DNA of 64,000 nucleotides from positions 16,492,001 to 16,556,000 of the forward strand of contig CM022666.1 of NCBI GenBank assembly GCA_012295275.1. The letters run 5' to 3'. The DNA is from Chrysomallon squamiferum. Lineage: Eukaryota; Animalia; Mollusca. The notes below the pieces were generated by a model. The model was given only the letters and a program-made list of their open reading frames with translations, was not told the origin of the DNA and did no database searches. Shown one piece after another: positions 1 to 12,086 of the stretch (its first letter is position 1; every line of letters starts with the position of its first letter). Position numbers and translations under genes: made by a program.

Positions 1-431
1 ACAACATTCTGGTTGTCATGGCAATCTAATCCAAATTTTGTTGTGTGTGAATCTTATTTTATAATTAATTTTCAAATTTATTATAATTAAAGCTAAAAAA
101 GAAATAAAATAAAATAATATTATATATATATCTGTATTTGAGACTCACAGATGAACACACACACACAAAATGATTTACTACATTATGCACCATTCTAATG
201 AGTATGGATTTTGTAAATGATTTTACTAAGCTTCTCTAAGCAAAATTAAATATTTTAAGCACCACAGTCATTTTATGTTGATCTTTATTCTAACTGAAAT
301 CTATGTACAAGATCCATAATAGAATACTGAATGGATACAATTTTTTATTTTTTGTTTTTAAGCATTGAACTCTTACAACTGAATAAAAATTGATTACAAA
401 AAACAGAAAGTCTTTATTTCAAGGTTTATCA

Positions 432-471
<40 letters not shown>

Positions 472-2776
472 ACATACACACACACTTATTATATTTAGTT
501 TTTTTTCCCTTCAGGTCGAAAATTCTAAACACATGAATACACATACAAGGCAATGAACACCGAAAAATAGTAAATATATAAATTAATAAATTGAATTTTT
601 TTTCTTTTACCTGTTTATAAACAATGAAAAACTAAAAACAAATGTTTATAACTAAATTATCATATTTCTAAACAACAATTAACAAGAACAGATAAAGCTT
701 ACAACCAATAGATTTAAATTCGTTGTAAATAGATTTAATTTGATAACAACATGTCTATAACTGTCAAATAAACTTTGGTTTTGTTAAAAATTCAGTATAT
801 AATTTATAAATATAAAAAAGCTAAAAGAACAAATTAGTTTGTTTAATTCAAAGCACAAATAAGTAAGTAAATGAATGAAAGAATTAATTACCAATCAGTC
901 AATTATTTGTATCATTATGCTTAATACTCCGATAAATTTTCATGAACATATCCAACAAATAATATAAAAAAGATGAAAAAATTTAAGGGAATTACAAAAT
1001 TGTAAACACAATGTAAAATAAAAAAATATTTAAAATGACAAATAAAAATCTTTCAGAAACTGAGTAATGTACTACAGCAGTTTTGCAGTTGAGAATATTT
1101 TATTAAAGTCTTTGATTAACAAAGTTTTGTAACAGCTTTGCACAATTTGATCATTACTAACTCAGTAACTGTGACTTTCATCTTTTTCTTTTTTAAATTT
1201 AAAATATTTTAATTTACAAAATCTCAACTTTTAACAAATCAGTATCAATTATATAGATTATTTAAACATAACAATATTTTTCATACCATTTCAAATCAAA
1301 TTAAAACCAATATGTAACTGTAAATAAATAAATTACTGATAGAAAAAAATCACTGCATAAAGAAACAAATAGAATTTTGAATTTGTAAATTGTTTTATAA
1401 ATACTTATTTCAGCTGATATATAACAATATTAAATACTCAAAGTACAAAACAACTGTACATCAGTTGTATAAAATTAATATTTTGATTTTTCTACTGAAT
1501 TATAAATACAATTCTGTTTTGTCATACTTTCTACATATAACAAATAAAATAATCTAAAACGTTTATACATGTGTATAATATTAATAACAATTATCCACAA
1601 TCAAGAGAAACAAACCTTGAATGTGAGACTATTTGATTTGATGAAAATAATACAAAATGTCTAGAAATGATTAAAAAATTTCAAAATCTCCAAAACAACC
1701 ACAAAATCCCCTCAAAATAACATTCTATCAAAAATTTCAAAAACAGATAATTAATGAAAAAAAAAAATAAATAAATAAATAAAAATAAAAATAATAATAA
1801 TAATAATTTGACATGAGTGATAAAAAAGTTATTTAACTAATTAATTATGGGAAAAACTATGGCTTCTGAACGCAAGATCAATGAGATCAACATGAAATAT
1901 TTAGTGAAATTACAATCTTCATTTCCTTTATTTTTTTCAAACTATAATATGACTGAATTTAAAATTTACCAATAGTAAAATTAATTTATTTTATTATTAC
2001 TATTAATATTATATATATATATATATATCTTTTAAGATACATTTTAAATGCAAGAACTTTTTTTAAAATCAACAATTTCAAAATAAAATAGTTGTATAAT
2101 TTTTTTATGTAAAAAATTTAACTACACAAACAAATATATTTAAATGGTTCAACAACTACAGTTCAGACAAAAGTTTCTTGACATGAAACTGACCTTTTAT
2201 GGGCACGTCTTGTTATATAAAATCTATAAATAAATATACAAAAGTAATATAAAGTAATTTGTGAATATACCATGCAGTATAGATTACATCTTAAATATCC
2301 CTGTAGTATGTCTGTCCATCATATCAGTGCTTTGTCTAAATTCACAGCAACAAGTCTTAATTTTTGACTTCAGTTATTCAAATCAAAAATACACTAACTT
2401 ATGTAAACACATGTCTGTTTGTCTTGATCTTGTCTCTGGCATCTCATGTTTATTACAGACTTCATCAATGTCCTATTTGTCTGTAGTATTAACTAGCTAC
2501 CATTAACATGATGTTTAACTTCAAGCTTAGGACTAATAGCTTTATGGATCATGAATGCCATATTTAAACCTCTAACATAAATGCTTTATTTATTTATATG
2601 ACATAAATGCCTTTTTAAAATCTATACCTTAGTGCTTTTAAGGCATCGAAGTCTTGATAAATTAATACCATCAAAACATTGCTTAAGTTGGTTGCAATGC
2701 CATAATTATGTCTATCAACAACGGGTGAGATAAAAAAAAGAAATTTGCTGTGACAGAGAAACACATGTCACTGTTT

Positions 2777-3187
2777 CTATGTGAGAAGAGTCATTGCTGT
2801 CATTGTGAACAGTATGAAGAAAACAAAAAACAGGATGCGATCGAGGATGCAAGCAAACTCTGCCCACTGTTCATTGACACTGTCGTATGACACGTCAGCT
2901 GACATTTTACCCACAATGTACTGAAGACATTTGTTAGTTTCTGACAGCTGCTGTTCCAGTCTGTTCTCAGTCTGTTCCGGGTGGAGACTTGTCTGTTCTG
3001 TGTCTTCCAGTCCTCGCAGGCTCGTTAGAAACAGACTGTCCACCGGAGAGTAGCGGTCAACACACAGCAGACGACGAAGTCCGTTACGTCCAAGAAACAT
3101 CTGTAACATTAAACTTTATTACTATTGTTGTATTATTATTATTATTATTATTATTTACATAAATTATTTTTTAAATTATTATTAATA

Positions 3188-3225
<38 letters not shown>

Positions 3226-3657
3226 TATTATTATTTACATATATTTTTATTATCATCATCATCATCATTAATATTGCTAAACTGTGACTTGTTTTAACTG
3301 CTACTATTACAAACTCAACTATAACCAAAACAACACTATCAGAACTATTACTACTACTTCTACTATCACTACCATGATAATTACTGTAAACAGCCAATCT
3401 AAGAGATCTCATATTAATAAACATCAAATTTAAGACACCATCAAGTGACGTCCATGCATTCCTTAGCATACAAGTTTACATCTGTTGAACATTTTGTATT
3501 TCTGTAATTGTTCAGTGCCTGTATTAACTTTCTTAAATCAATAATAATAATAATAATAAGTAAAACATATTATAATAGGAATAAAATTAGAATGTTATCA
3601 TCTTAAAACATCTGCAATTTAAAACATTTTCCATTCATATTATTATTATTGTTACTA

Positions 3658-3697
<40 letters not shown>

Positions 3698-5547
3698 TAT
3701 TATTATTATTATTATAATAACTGAAGTCTGAAGTGATCTTACACTTTGAATCCATGCTGGTAGGGGTCTGTGTCTTGAACCCCGGACACTGAGATTGCTA
3801 ACCAGAGCTGAGAGTATAATACTAAAACTTGTCAGAATCAGAGTTGACAGATAGAAAACCCCTGTAAAATAAACAAATTTAAAAATGAAATAGAAGGTAA
3901 AACATAAAATACAGGTAACCTTTATTTCATTAAACCAAAAAAAAATAATAGAAAAATAAATAAATAAATACTTCAGTGAATGGGAAAGTCTCCATTTTTT
4001 CTATTTCATATTTCCCAAACATTTTTTTATTTTTTAATTTTTGTTTTTATTACTTTTTTAAAACATATCTGCATTGCAAATGGATCGACATGTCTGAAAA
4101 TAAAATATTTTTGTTTCTCTGGATATGTGTTATGTAAGTCATTATTAAAACAAGAACATAATAACAAAAGAAACAAAAGGAATACAGTTACTGAAGGAAA
4201 CCTTATGGTTTATGTTTCTGTTTTGATCTTAACATACTAGACATAAATACACAGATAAGAATTATTTACCTGTATACTCTTTATTAAGTTTGTGTTTAGA
4301 AAGTAGCTTTCATCTTACCTATTCGTGGGACTGATCCATGACTGAATGGAATTGCCTCTTGTAAGACAACAATAAGCACAATAATACACAGCATGATAAA
4401 CAAACCTGAAAATAAAAAAATAAAAAAATTAATAAAAATAAAATAAAATAAAATAAAATAAAGTAAAATAATTATATGTTTTGATTGATTTTTTTACATT
4501 ATCTAAATATTTAAACTATTTAAATGTATCCAAATCTAAAATGTATCACAGAATGAAAACTTGTGTACCAAATGTATGTTGTATTACTGGCATTTCAACT
4601 TTTTAAATGCAGGGTCATTTTAATTTCATGTGGTGATAATTTTGAAAATTATAAATCTCATACACACCAAAAAAGCTACTATACAGTGAATGTTAAACTG
4701 ATCACCAAAGGTGGACCAGATATTAAAATCACGAATAGTTTCAAAAAAAAAAATATAAACATATACTTTAGCTTTATTAAATAATTTTTCAAATTTACAT
4801 TTATATTTATTAATTATATTCTTGTGATGACAATACAATCTGAAAAATTAGTTTAACAGTCATTCAGCACAGAGTTTATTTATAACAGAATTATCATATT
4901 CTCAGTGGTCCCACGTGTCACAAACATGAAAGTAGAACATAGTAAAAATCATACACTTTTTTAATTTAAGAAGAAATAATTTTCAAACTTACCATATTTA
5001 GTTTTATCATGGGACTGGGATGGAAGCAGAAAGAGGACTGGGACCAGAAGACCAAGCAGGGCTGAAGGACCAACGACGAGGTATCGATAAAATGATGCTC
5101 GTCTCTTTAACCTGCACAGTATACTCAGAGTAGTGATTCCATCGTTGCAGCAGTCATAATGTATCTGATTCAACGTTGCTGTTGCCTGGCCACCGATGAG
5201 CTCCCACTGAGAATGTTCTGCAAGGTAGCGCGACCTCTCCTCCATGGGAACATCAATGTGCCTTGACATTCTCACCTTTTATAAAGGTGATGTCCATCTC
5301 TGCTGATGAGTGTGACCATGATCCAAGGTCGATGTTACATCTCTGGATGTCATAGGGAAATTTTAACATGTTCATGGCACAGTTCACTGACACAGTCATC
5401 AGAGGAATCCAGAAAATTGTCCCATCATGCCTCACTGACACAACATCCGCATTCTGGTAAATAGTAGATTTCAACGCTGCACTGTTTAAATATATGATTA
5501 ATAAAAACTGTAATTATACAGATGTATGCTAAGTTACATCATTTAAA

Positions 5548-5579
<32 letters not shown>

Positions 5580-7248
5580 ATATATACAAATTTAAATACC
5601 TATTCTTAAATTAAAAAATACAGAGACAATTTTTTATTTATTATTATTTAAGACAATTATAAAATGGCAACTTACGCATTATAAGGAATGATGTCTGGGG
5701 TCCACAGAGATTTTGCAGGAAGTTTGACTGTTTGTAACCCACCAAACTCTGATGTGTTCCATATTAAACGTGGATCCTTCCAGCTCTGAAAAACATCACA
5801 CAGTGAGATCATGTTACTACAGTGACATCAAATGTGTCTAACTACAGTGAGATTACCAACAGATCTACAAAACTGAGATGCTAACAATTGTAATAGTGAG
5901 ATTACCAACACATTTACAACAGTGAGATGGGTAATGAAGTGCTACTAATCATAACAGTGAGAGTATTAACACAACTACAGTGGTGAGGTCTGAACATCTA
6001 CAATGGTGAGATTTGTAATGAAGTGCTGCTAATTGTAACAGTGAGAGTATTTAAACATCTACAATGGTGATATTTTTAATGAAGTGCTGCTAATTGTAAC
6101 AGTGAGACTGCCTTCACTGACTTGAGATTAACAACACATTAAAAATAGTGAGATTGTGTTATTGTAGAATTGTAACAGTGAGAGTATTTACACATCTACA
6201 ATAGTGAGATGTATTTGTGTTGTTATAGAAGTTACCTGTATTAACAGAATTGTTGCTGTAAAAATATTTTCCCTCTCATTCTGAAAAGTAAAAATATTGA
6301 ACTGTTGATAATAAAAAATTATTAAAAGGTATCAGAATATACAATCATATATTAAAAACACATTTAACTGAGTATAAAAAACAGGACTAATGAAAATGTC
6401 ACTGTAAAATAGAAGTAAAATTAGTAATGGAAAAACAAAATATAAAATTATGATGTCAAAAGAAAAAAAAATTAAATTCTCTCCTATGATTAGTTTTTCA
6501 TTTATGATAATTTTAGTATTCAGTAGTTATTTTTAAAAAGTTAAAAACTATTTTATAAGGTAAAATAAATACCAAGGATTATAACCACTATAAATAATTA
6601 TGTTTGTTTAACAACTATTTCAAAAATTAAATTATTTACCAAGTCTTCAAAGTTTTCAATTTCTATTGAAACAGAAACATTCACTTTATCTGTGGGAAGG
6701 AAAACAGGTCGAGCCTGTTTGATGTAGTTTGATTGCAGAAGACGTTTTATCAGCTTGGATTCATGCACAAACACAGAATCACTTGTAGAAAAACCTGCAA
6801 GTTAATAAATTACTTTACAAAGATTACAACATGTTTAATCAAATATCATTTAATTCTAAAAAAGAGAGTGCCTATACTGACATAATTATTTGCATGGCAT
6901 TTTTTCCCATTTCCATTTATTATTATTATTTTTTTTTTAATGAAATAAAATAAAACCACCATAATAAAGAAATAAAGAAAGAATGAAAAAGCCATCCCAT
7001 ATCAGTTTATTATTAACATTGGTAACAGAAACAAAATAATCTGTCTGTTATAGAATGCTTTCAGATGTCATTAATATACATGTGCTTTCTGTGCTTGATT
7101 TATTGCAGGGTCCCTAATGTTATTATTCAAATTCTTAAAATTTGCTACATCAGAATTACATACAACTGCAGATCAAACCTACTGGCCTGATGGGAAAAAT
7201 ATTTGTAGTGTATTATAATTTATATTGTTTTATGTATTCTCATGTTTC

Positions 7249-7279
<31 letters not shown>

Positions 7280-7593
7280 ATTTATTTTTTAAGAAAAAAT
7301 CATTCCCTTTAAGATGTAGAAAAATACGTCATGTATTTTATTTTTCTTGATTTTGAACAATTTGCTATAAATTATTATTGAAATATATATATTATTTATT
7401 AGTTTATTTATTTATATTTTAATTTTCATGTATTAAATTAACTTTAAATGGGTTTTGTTTGAAAGTTAAAACACTGCTGATCAGCAATGCATTTTAACTT
7501 ACTTTGTCTGTTTGCGTTGCTGCTGGAAATTACAATAATTACAACAATCACGAAAACTTGATAAAATGTTTGTTTTACACAACTTGGAAGCAT
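2777..7593 (-). CDS. Divergent nicotinic acetylcholine receptor alpha-type subunit (Cys-loop ligand-gated ion channel), 8 coding exons, one internal frameshift near 5253-5280
   Basis: Exons (GT-AG, phases consistent): 7503-7593 (signal peptide MLPSCVKQTFYQVFVIVVIIVISSS), 6640-6794 (ESKLIKRLL..ARPV), 6236-6280 (45 nt), 5676-5785 (110 nt, WKDPRLIWN..WTPDIIPYN), 4993-5481 (Cys-loop CAMNMLKFPYDIQRC, GSW, loop C YDCC, M1), 4319-4405 (M2), 3743-3861 (M3), 2777-3100 (EQWAEFACILDR + M4, TAG). The 45- and 110-nt exons are typical of nAChR genes. Confidence 0.93.
5795..6230. repeat. Degenerate short-period tandem repeat (core ACAGTGAGA / AATGAAGTGCT) filling an nAChR intron
   Basis: acagtgaga(t/g), tgtaacagtgaga and catctacaa recur many times between the 110-nt and 45-nt exons. 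Confidence 0.7.
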
Positions 7594-8039
7594 TTTAAAA
7601 GTTTGTAATTAAGTTTGTATCACTTCAAGCATCAGTAAAAAAAAAAACGTTCCTCCCAATGGAGATTTACATTGCTTGGGCCAGTTATCTCCCTTCAGTC
7701 ACAGAACCACAAATGAACTGGAAAATAATTTTCTGAAAGAAATATCAGCTTCGTAAACAAATCAAGATAACATTAAAAATAAATAATAAATCCAACAAGT
7801 TGATTATCAGCAAAATTTATCAGACAAAAAAACATTAAATAGTTATTTATTTAGTACTTTCTTCTTCGTCTTCTAATTATTATTAAATATATTGTTTTGC
7901 AAAATTTCACATTAAATTTACAATTATTAACCCCCCAACCAGATAACATGGAATAAAATAAAGCATCTTTGGAAAAGTGTGTGATTGAAGCAAGAATAAA
8001 AAAAAAAAAAAAAAAAAAATATTTAAAAAATTTAATCAT

Positions 8040-8200
8040 CGTGCTCATGCACGCCAGCGTCAATCACGCGCTCTGATAGGTGACAGAGGTCGCGACTGTC
8101 TCAGCCCTAGGAAAGTTTGCAGTATATATTCCACTCGTACTTCGGACGATTACATTTCTGTCTACAGCACGAACAGCAGATAAGCTGCAGAGAGAGAGAG
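8040..8200. promoter_or_regulatory. CpG-rich divergent promoter between nAChR and ALDH; TATA-like TATATATT at 8123-8130
   Basis: Local CpG cluster in an otherwise CpG-poor region. The two start codons (7593 minus, 8263 plus) are ~670 bp apart. The TATA-like element lies ~28 nt before an initiator-like TTACATTT. Confidence 0.55.
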
Positions 8201-8262
8201 AGGGAAGCTAATTCTTAACTTCAGTCTAGTTTTCAGAAAATAATAATAATAATACATTTAAA

Positions 8263-11200
8263 ATGTCTGACCCAGTACCGGACAGAACTCCAGAGATAAA
8301 ATACAAAAAGGTAAATGCATGCTGTTGTCTATAATTAAAATTTATATCAGTGGTGCTTTTCACATCTCAGACATCTGCCGCGTAAAGCCACACGTCAGTT
8401 ATCAATGTCAAGGTCGAAGTTTATTACTAAATAATATTTATAAAAGATAAAAGAATAAGTTAATTATTGTTGTAATCTCATTTGAACAATTACTTTTCTC
8501 AGTAATTGAGAACAATAATAAACAGTTTTTGATATGGATATTAAAACTGAAGAAAACTGTTGTCACTTTATTTTCTTTGGTTTTCGACAATAATAATCGC
8601 CAAAAGCAAACCGAAACCGGCTGAGTTATTATAATTATTATCTTCATTGTGAATGTTGGTATTTGCAGGCGGGAGGGCTGAGGGAGAAAATAAAGAAAGA
8701 AAGAAAGAAAAAAAAAATATGCCGCATAATTTTGGTTTTGCTTCAAGCTCAGGAATTAAATAAAAACAAATAATTAAAAAATCGTTCTGTATAAATTATA
8801 GATACGATTTTACAGATACAGATAATTTTGTTACGTTTTAAGAATCAGTGAAAAAAGAGAAAGAAAAGGTAATTTTGTTACGTTTTAAGAATCAGTGAAA
8901 AAAAAAAAAAGAAATGCAGCATAATTTACGTTTTTGCTTGTAGCTCAGGAATTAAATAAAAATAAATAATAAGAAAATCATTGTGTATTATTATAGTTAC
9001 GATGTTACAGATATAGGTTAAGGTAATTTTGTTACGTTTTAAGAAAAATTGTGTATTATTATAGTTCAGTGTAAAAAAAAAAAAAAGATGCAGCATAATT
9101 TACGTTTTTGCTTGTAGCTCAGGAATTAAATAAAAATAAATAATAAGAAAATCATTGTGTATTATTATAAATACAATACAGGTCAAGGTAATTTTAATGT
9201 TTTAAGAATCACTGCATTTTGCAGCTTCAGTGGTGAAATGAAAGAAATTGTCCAAATAAATTTTGCTTACTTAATTTTTTATTTTTATATTTTAAATATT
9301 TCAAGTTTATTTACTACTACTATTGTTATTATTATTGGTTATGGTGGTTGTCGTAGTAGTAGTGCAAATCTGATTATAATAATCAATCAAATGCATGAAA
9401 CATATTTATTTTCTAATTATTAATTTAATTTTTTCCACTGTTTTTGACAAGATTTTTATCAACAATGATTGGCATGACTCAGTCAGTGGTAGAGTTTTTC
9501 CAGTTATCAACCCATGTACTGGCGAGAAGATCTGTGATGTACAAGAAGGCGACAAGGTGAATGAGAGAATGAATAAATGAATGAATTTTATGAATGAATA
9601 AACGAATGAATGAATTTTGTGAATGAATTCGTGAATGAATAAAAATGAAAGAATAAAATGATTACTACAACATGATTAAATGAGTGAAGTGAAAGATTGA
9701 ATAAGTAAATAACTATATGAATGAAATAAATATTGAAATGAATGAATATTTATGTAATCTGGATACTTTAAAACTTAAATTTATGTGAGTCAGTCTCAGG
9801 TAAGTATATAATTGCAGTGATCATTATCAGGTAGATAAATGTAATTTACTGTTTAAAGTGTAAATTTTCCAGGTTGATGTGGACAAAGCTGTTGCTGCAG
9901 CACGAAATGCGTTCAAGACAAACGCCCCCTGGAGGACAATGGATGCATCCAAAAGAGGGAAACTCATAAACAAATTTGCTGATCTTCTTAATCGAGATAT
10001 TTCTTACATTGCTGTTAGAAACTTTATTTACGTATTCTTTATTTATTTTGTTAGTTAGTTAGTAAGTTAGTTATTTAATACAGTTTTAATGTTTCTGCAT
10101 ATCTCTTAAGCTACCCTATATTTATCACTGATTTTTTAAGTTACTCTAGCAGTTACTAAAACAATCTATATATTTTGATAATAAATGTATATAACACAGA
10201 TCTGGTTCTAAAAATATTTTTAATGTTCCAAATCCTAACTCTAATAATTGAAAAAGAGATGAAATTTACCATTCACATAAAATTATTTGACATAACTTGT
10301 TTAATCATCATTATTACTTAAGCATTATAATATTACAGAATTTGGAAACTTTAGACAATGGAAAACCCTTCTTCGATGCAGTTGATGATGTTCGTGCTAC
10401 AGTTGATGTCTTCAGATATTTTGCTGGTTGGTGTGACAAGATAACAGGAAAAACTATCCCCGTCGGTAAGTTACAAAGCTTGATTATAATAGATATAGGT
10501 ATGTATTTATGTCTGTCTGTCTGTCTAACACACACACACATGTATATCTATTTTTGATTTTTAATTTTATATTTATTTATTTAACAGATGGAGACTACAT
10601 GACTTTCACTAGACATGAACCTGTAGGAGTGTGTGCCCAGATCATTCCTGTAAGTAAGAATTTAAAAAAAAAAAATTGTTTTATTATTATTTCTTAATAA
10701 CCTCACCTTAGGAAGAAAGAAGGAAGGAGTGAAGGAAAGCAATGATTTATTTAATTGTTGAACTTATTTATAATTTTACAGCAATGGTCTATTGTATTTT
10801 TAATTTAGTTAAGTGGAACATAAAAGAATGAGTAAGTTCCCAACACTGTTTGATGATCCTACTGATGATAATCATCAGAGGTTCTTTTATTTGCTGCTTC
10901 CTACTGACAACAGAGCACATAGCATAACCTTCAAATACAGAGTATTGGCAAGAACAGGGAAATAGCTAAGAGGTCACTGAGTTAAACTACAGGTCATCAT
11001 GACCAACACAATAATGCTGAGAAAATATTTTAGTTGAAATGTTGAAATGTTGAAATTAACAGTGAACAAATAGAGATAAATATAGTTTATATTAATATAT
11101 ATTCATTCTTTTATATTCAATTTTTTATTATTTTATTTTGTATGGGTTGTATTTTTTTCTTTTGTTTTCTTTTTTTTTTTTAATTTTTCAGTATGTATTT

Positions 11201-12046
11201 GATTTCAGTGTTTGTGAGAGTAATCCTAACTATATTTAAACAAATCATTCCAGAGACAGGACAGTACACACCAAAACCTTTTTAACTGGCTGGAATGAGA
11301 AGTGCTCCAATAATGTTTTTTTCTTGCCGAGCTGAAATTTCAAACTAAATATTGAAAAATATATCTGTAAATATATTGTATATTTCAGTGGAACTATCCG
11401 GTTGCTATGTTGTCATGGAAATGGGCACCTGCTCTAGCGTGTGGTTGTACGGTTGTGTTAAAACCTGCAGAGCAGACTCCTCTGTCAGCTCTCTACTGCG
11501 GTTCTCTCATTAAAGAGGTAGCTTTTAATGATAATAATAATTATGGTTCATGCTGTTTCAAATTTCCGTTTTTAGGAATAAAAGAGTTGGAATTAACTTG
11601 GGTGTATAGAATTTTAAGACTTGGAAATTTAGATTTGGCACCTCCAATTTGTCACAGCATTTATTTATATTTGTATAGAGAATTTCTTGGGCTCTTAATG
11701 TTGGAGATTTCTATGGAACTGATAGCGTGTGAAGGTTATTATTCTATATGTGTCTGCGTTTGTTTGTCAACAGGCTGGATTTCCACCGGGAGTTGTCAAC
11801 ATTGTCCCTGGTTACGGACCTACAGCCGGAGCTGCCCTCAGTGAACACATGGATGTTGACAAGGTCGCATTCACTGGATCAACAGAGGTAACAGCATCGT
11901 CACTGTCAGTCTGTCCTAATTCATCAACACTGGCATTATTATTACTATTATTATGATTATTATTATTATTATTATTATTATGATCATTATTATTATGATT
12001 ATTATGATTATTATTATTATTATTATTATTATTATTGTAATCATCA

Positions 12047-12086
<40 letters not shown>

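Noticed and set aside
8263-8310. Mitochondrial ALDH2 assignment
   Set aside because: The first exon encodes a short acidic/proline N-terminus without a transit peptide; phylogeny is still needed for a final ALDH1A versus ALDH2 call.
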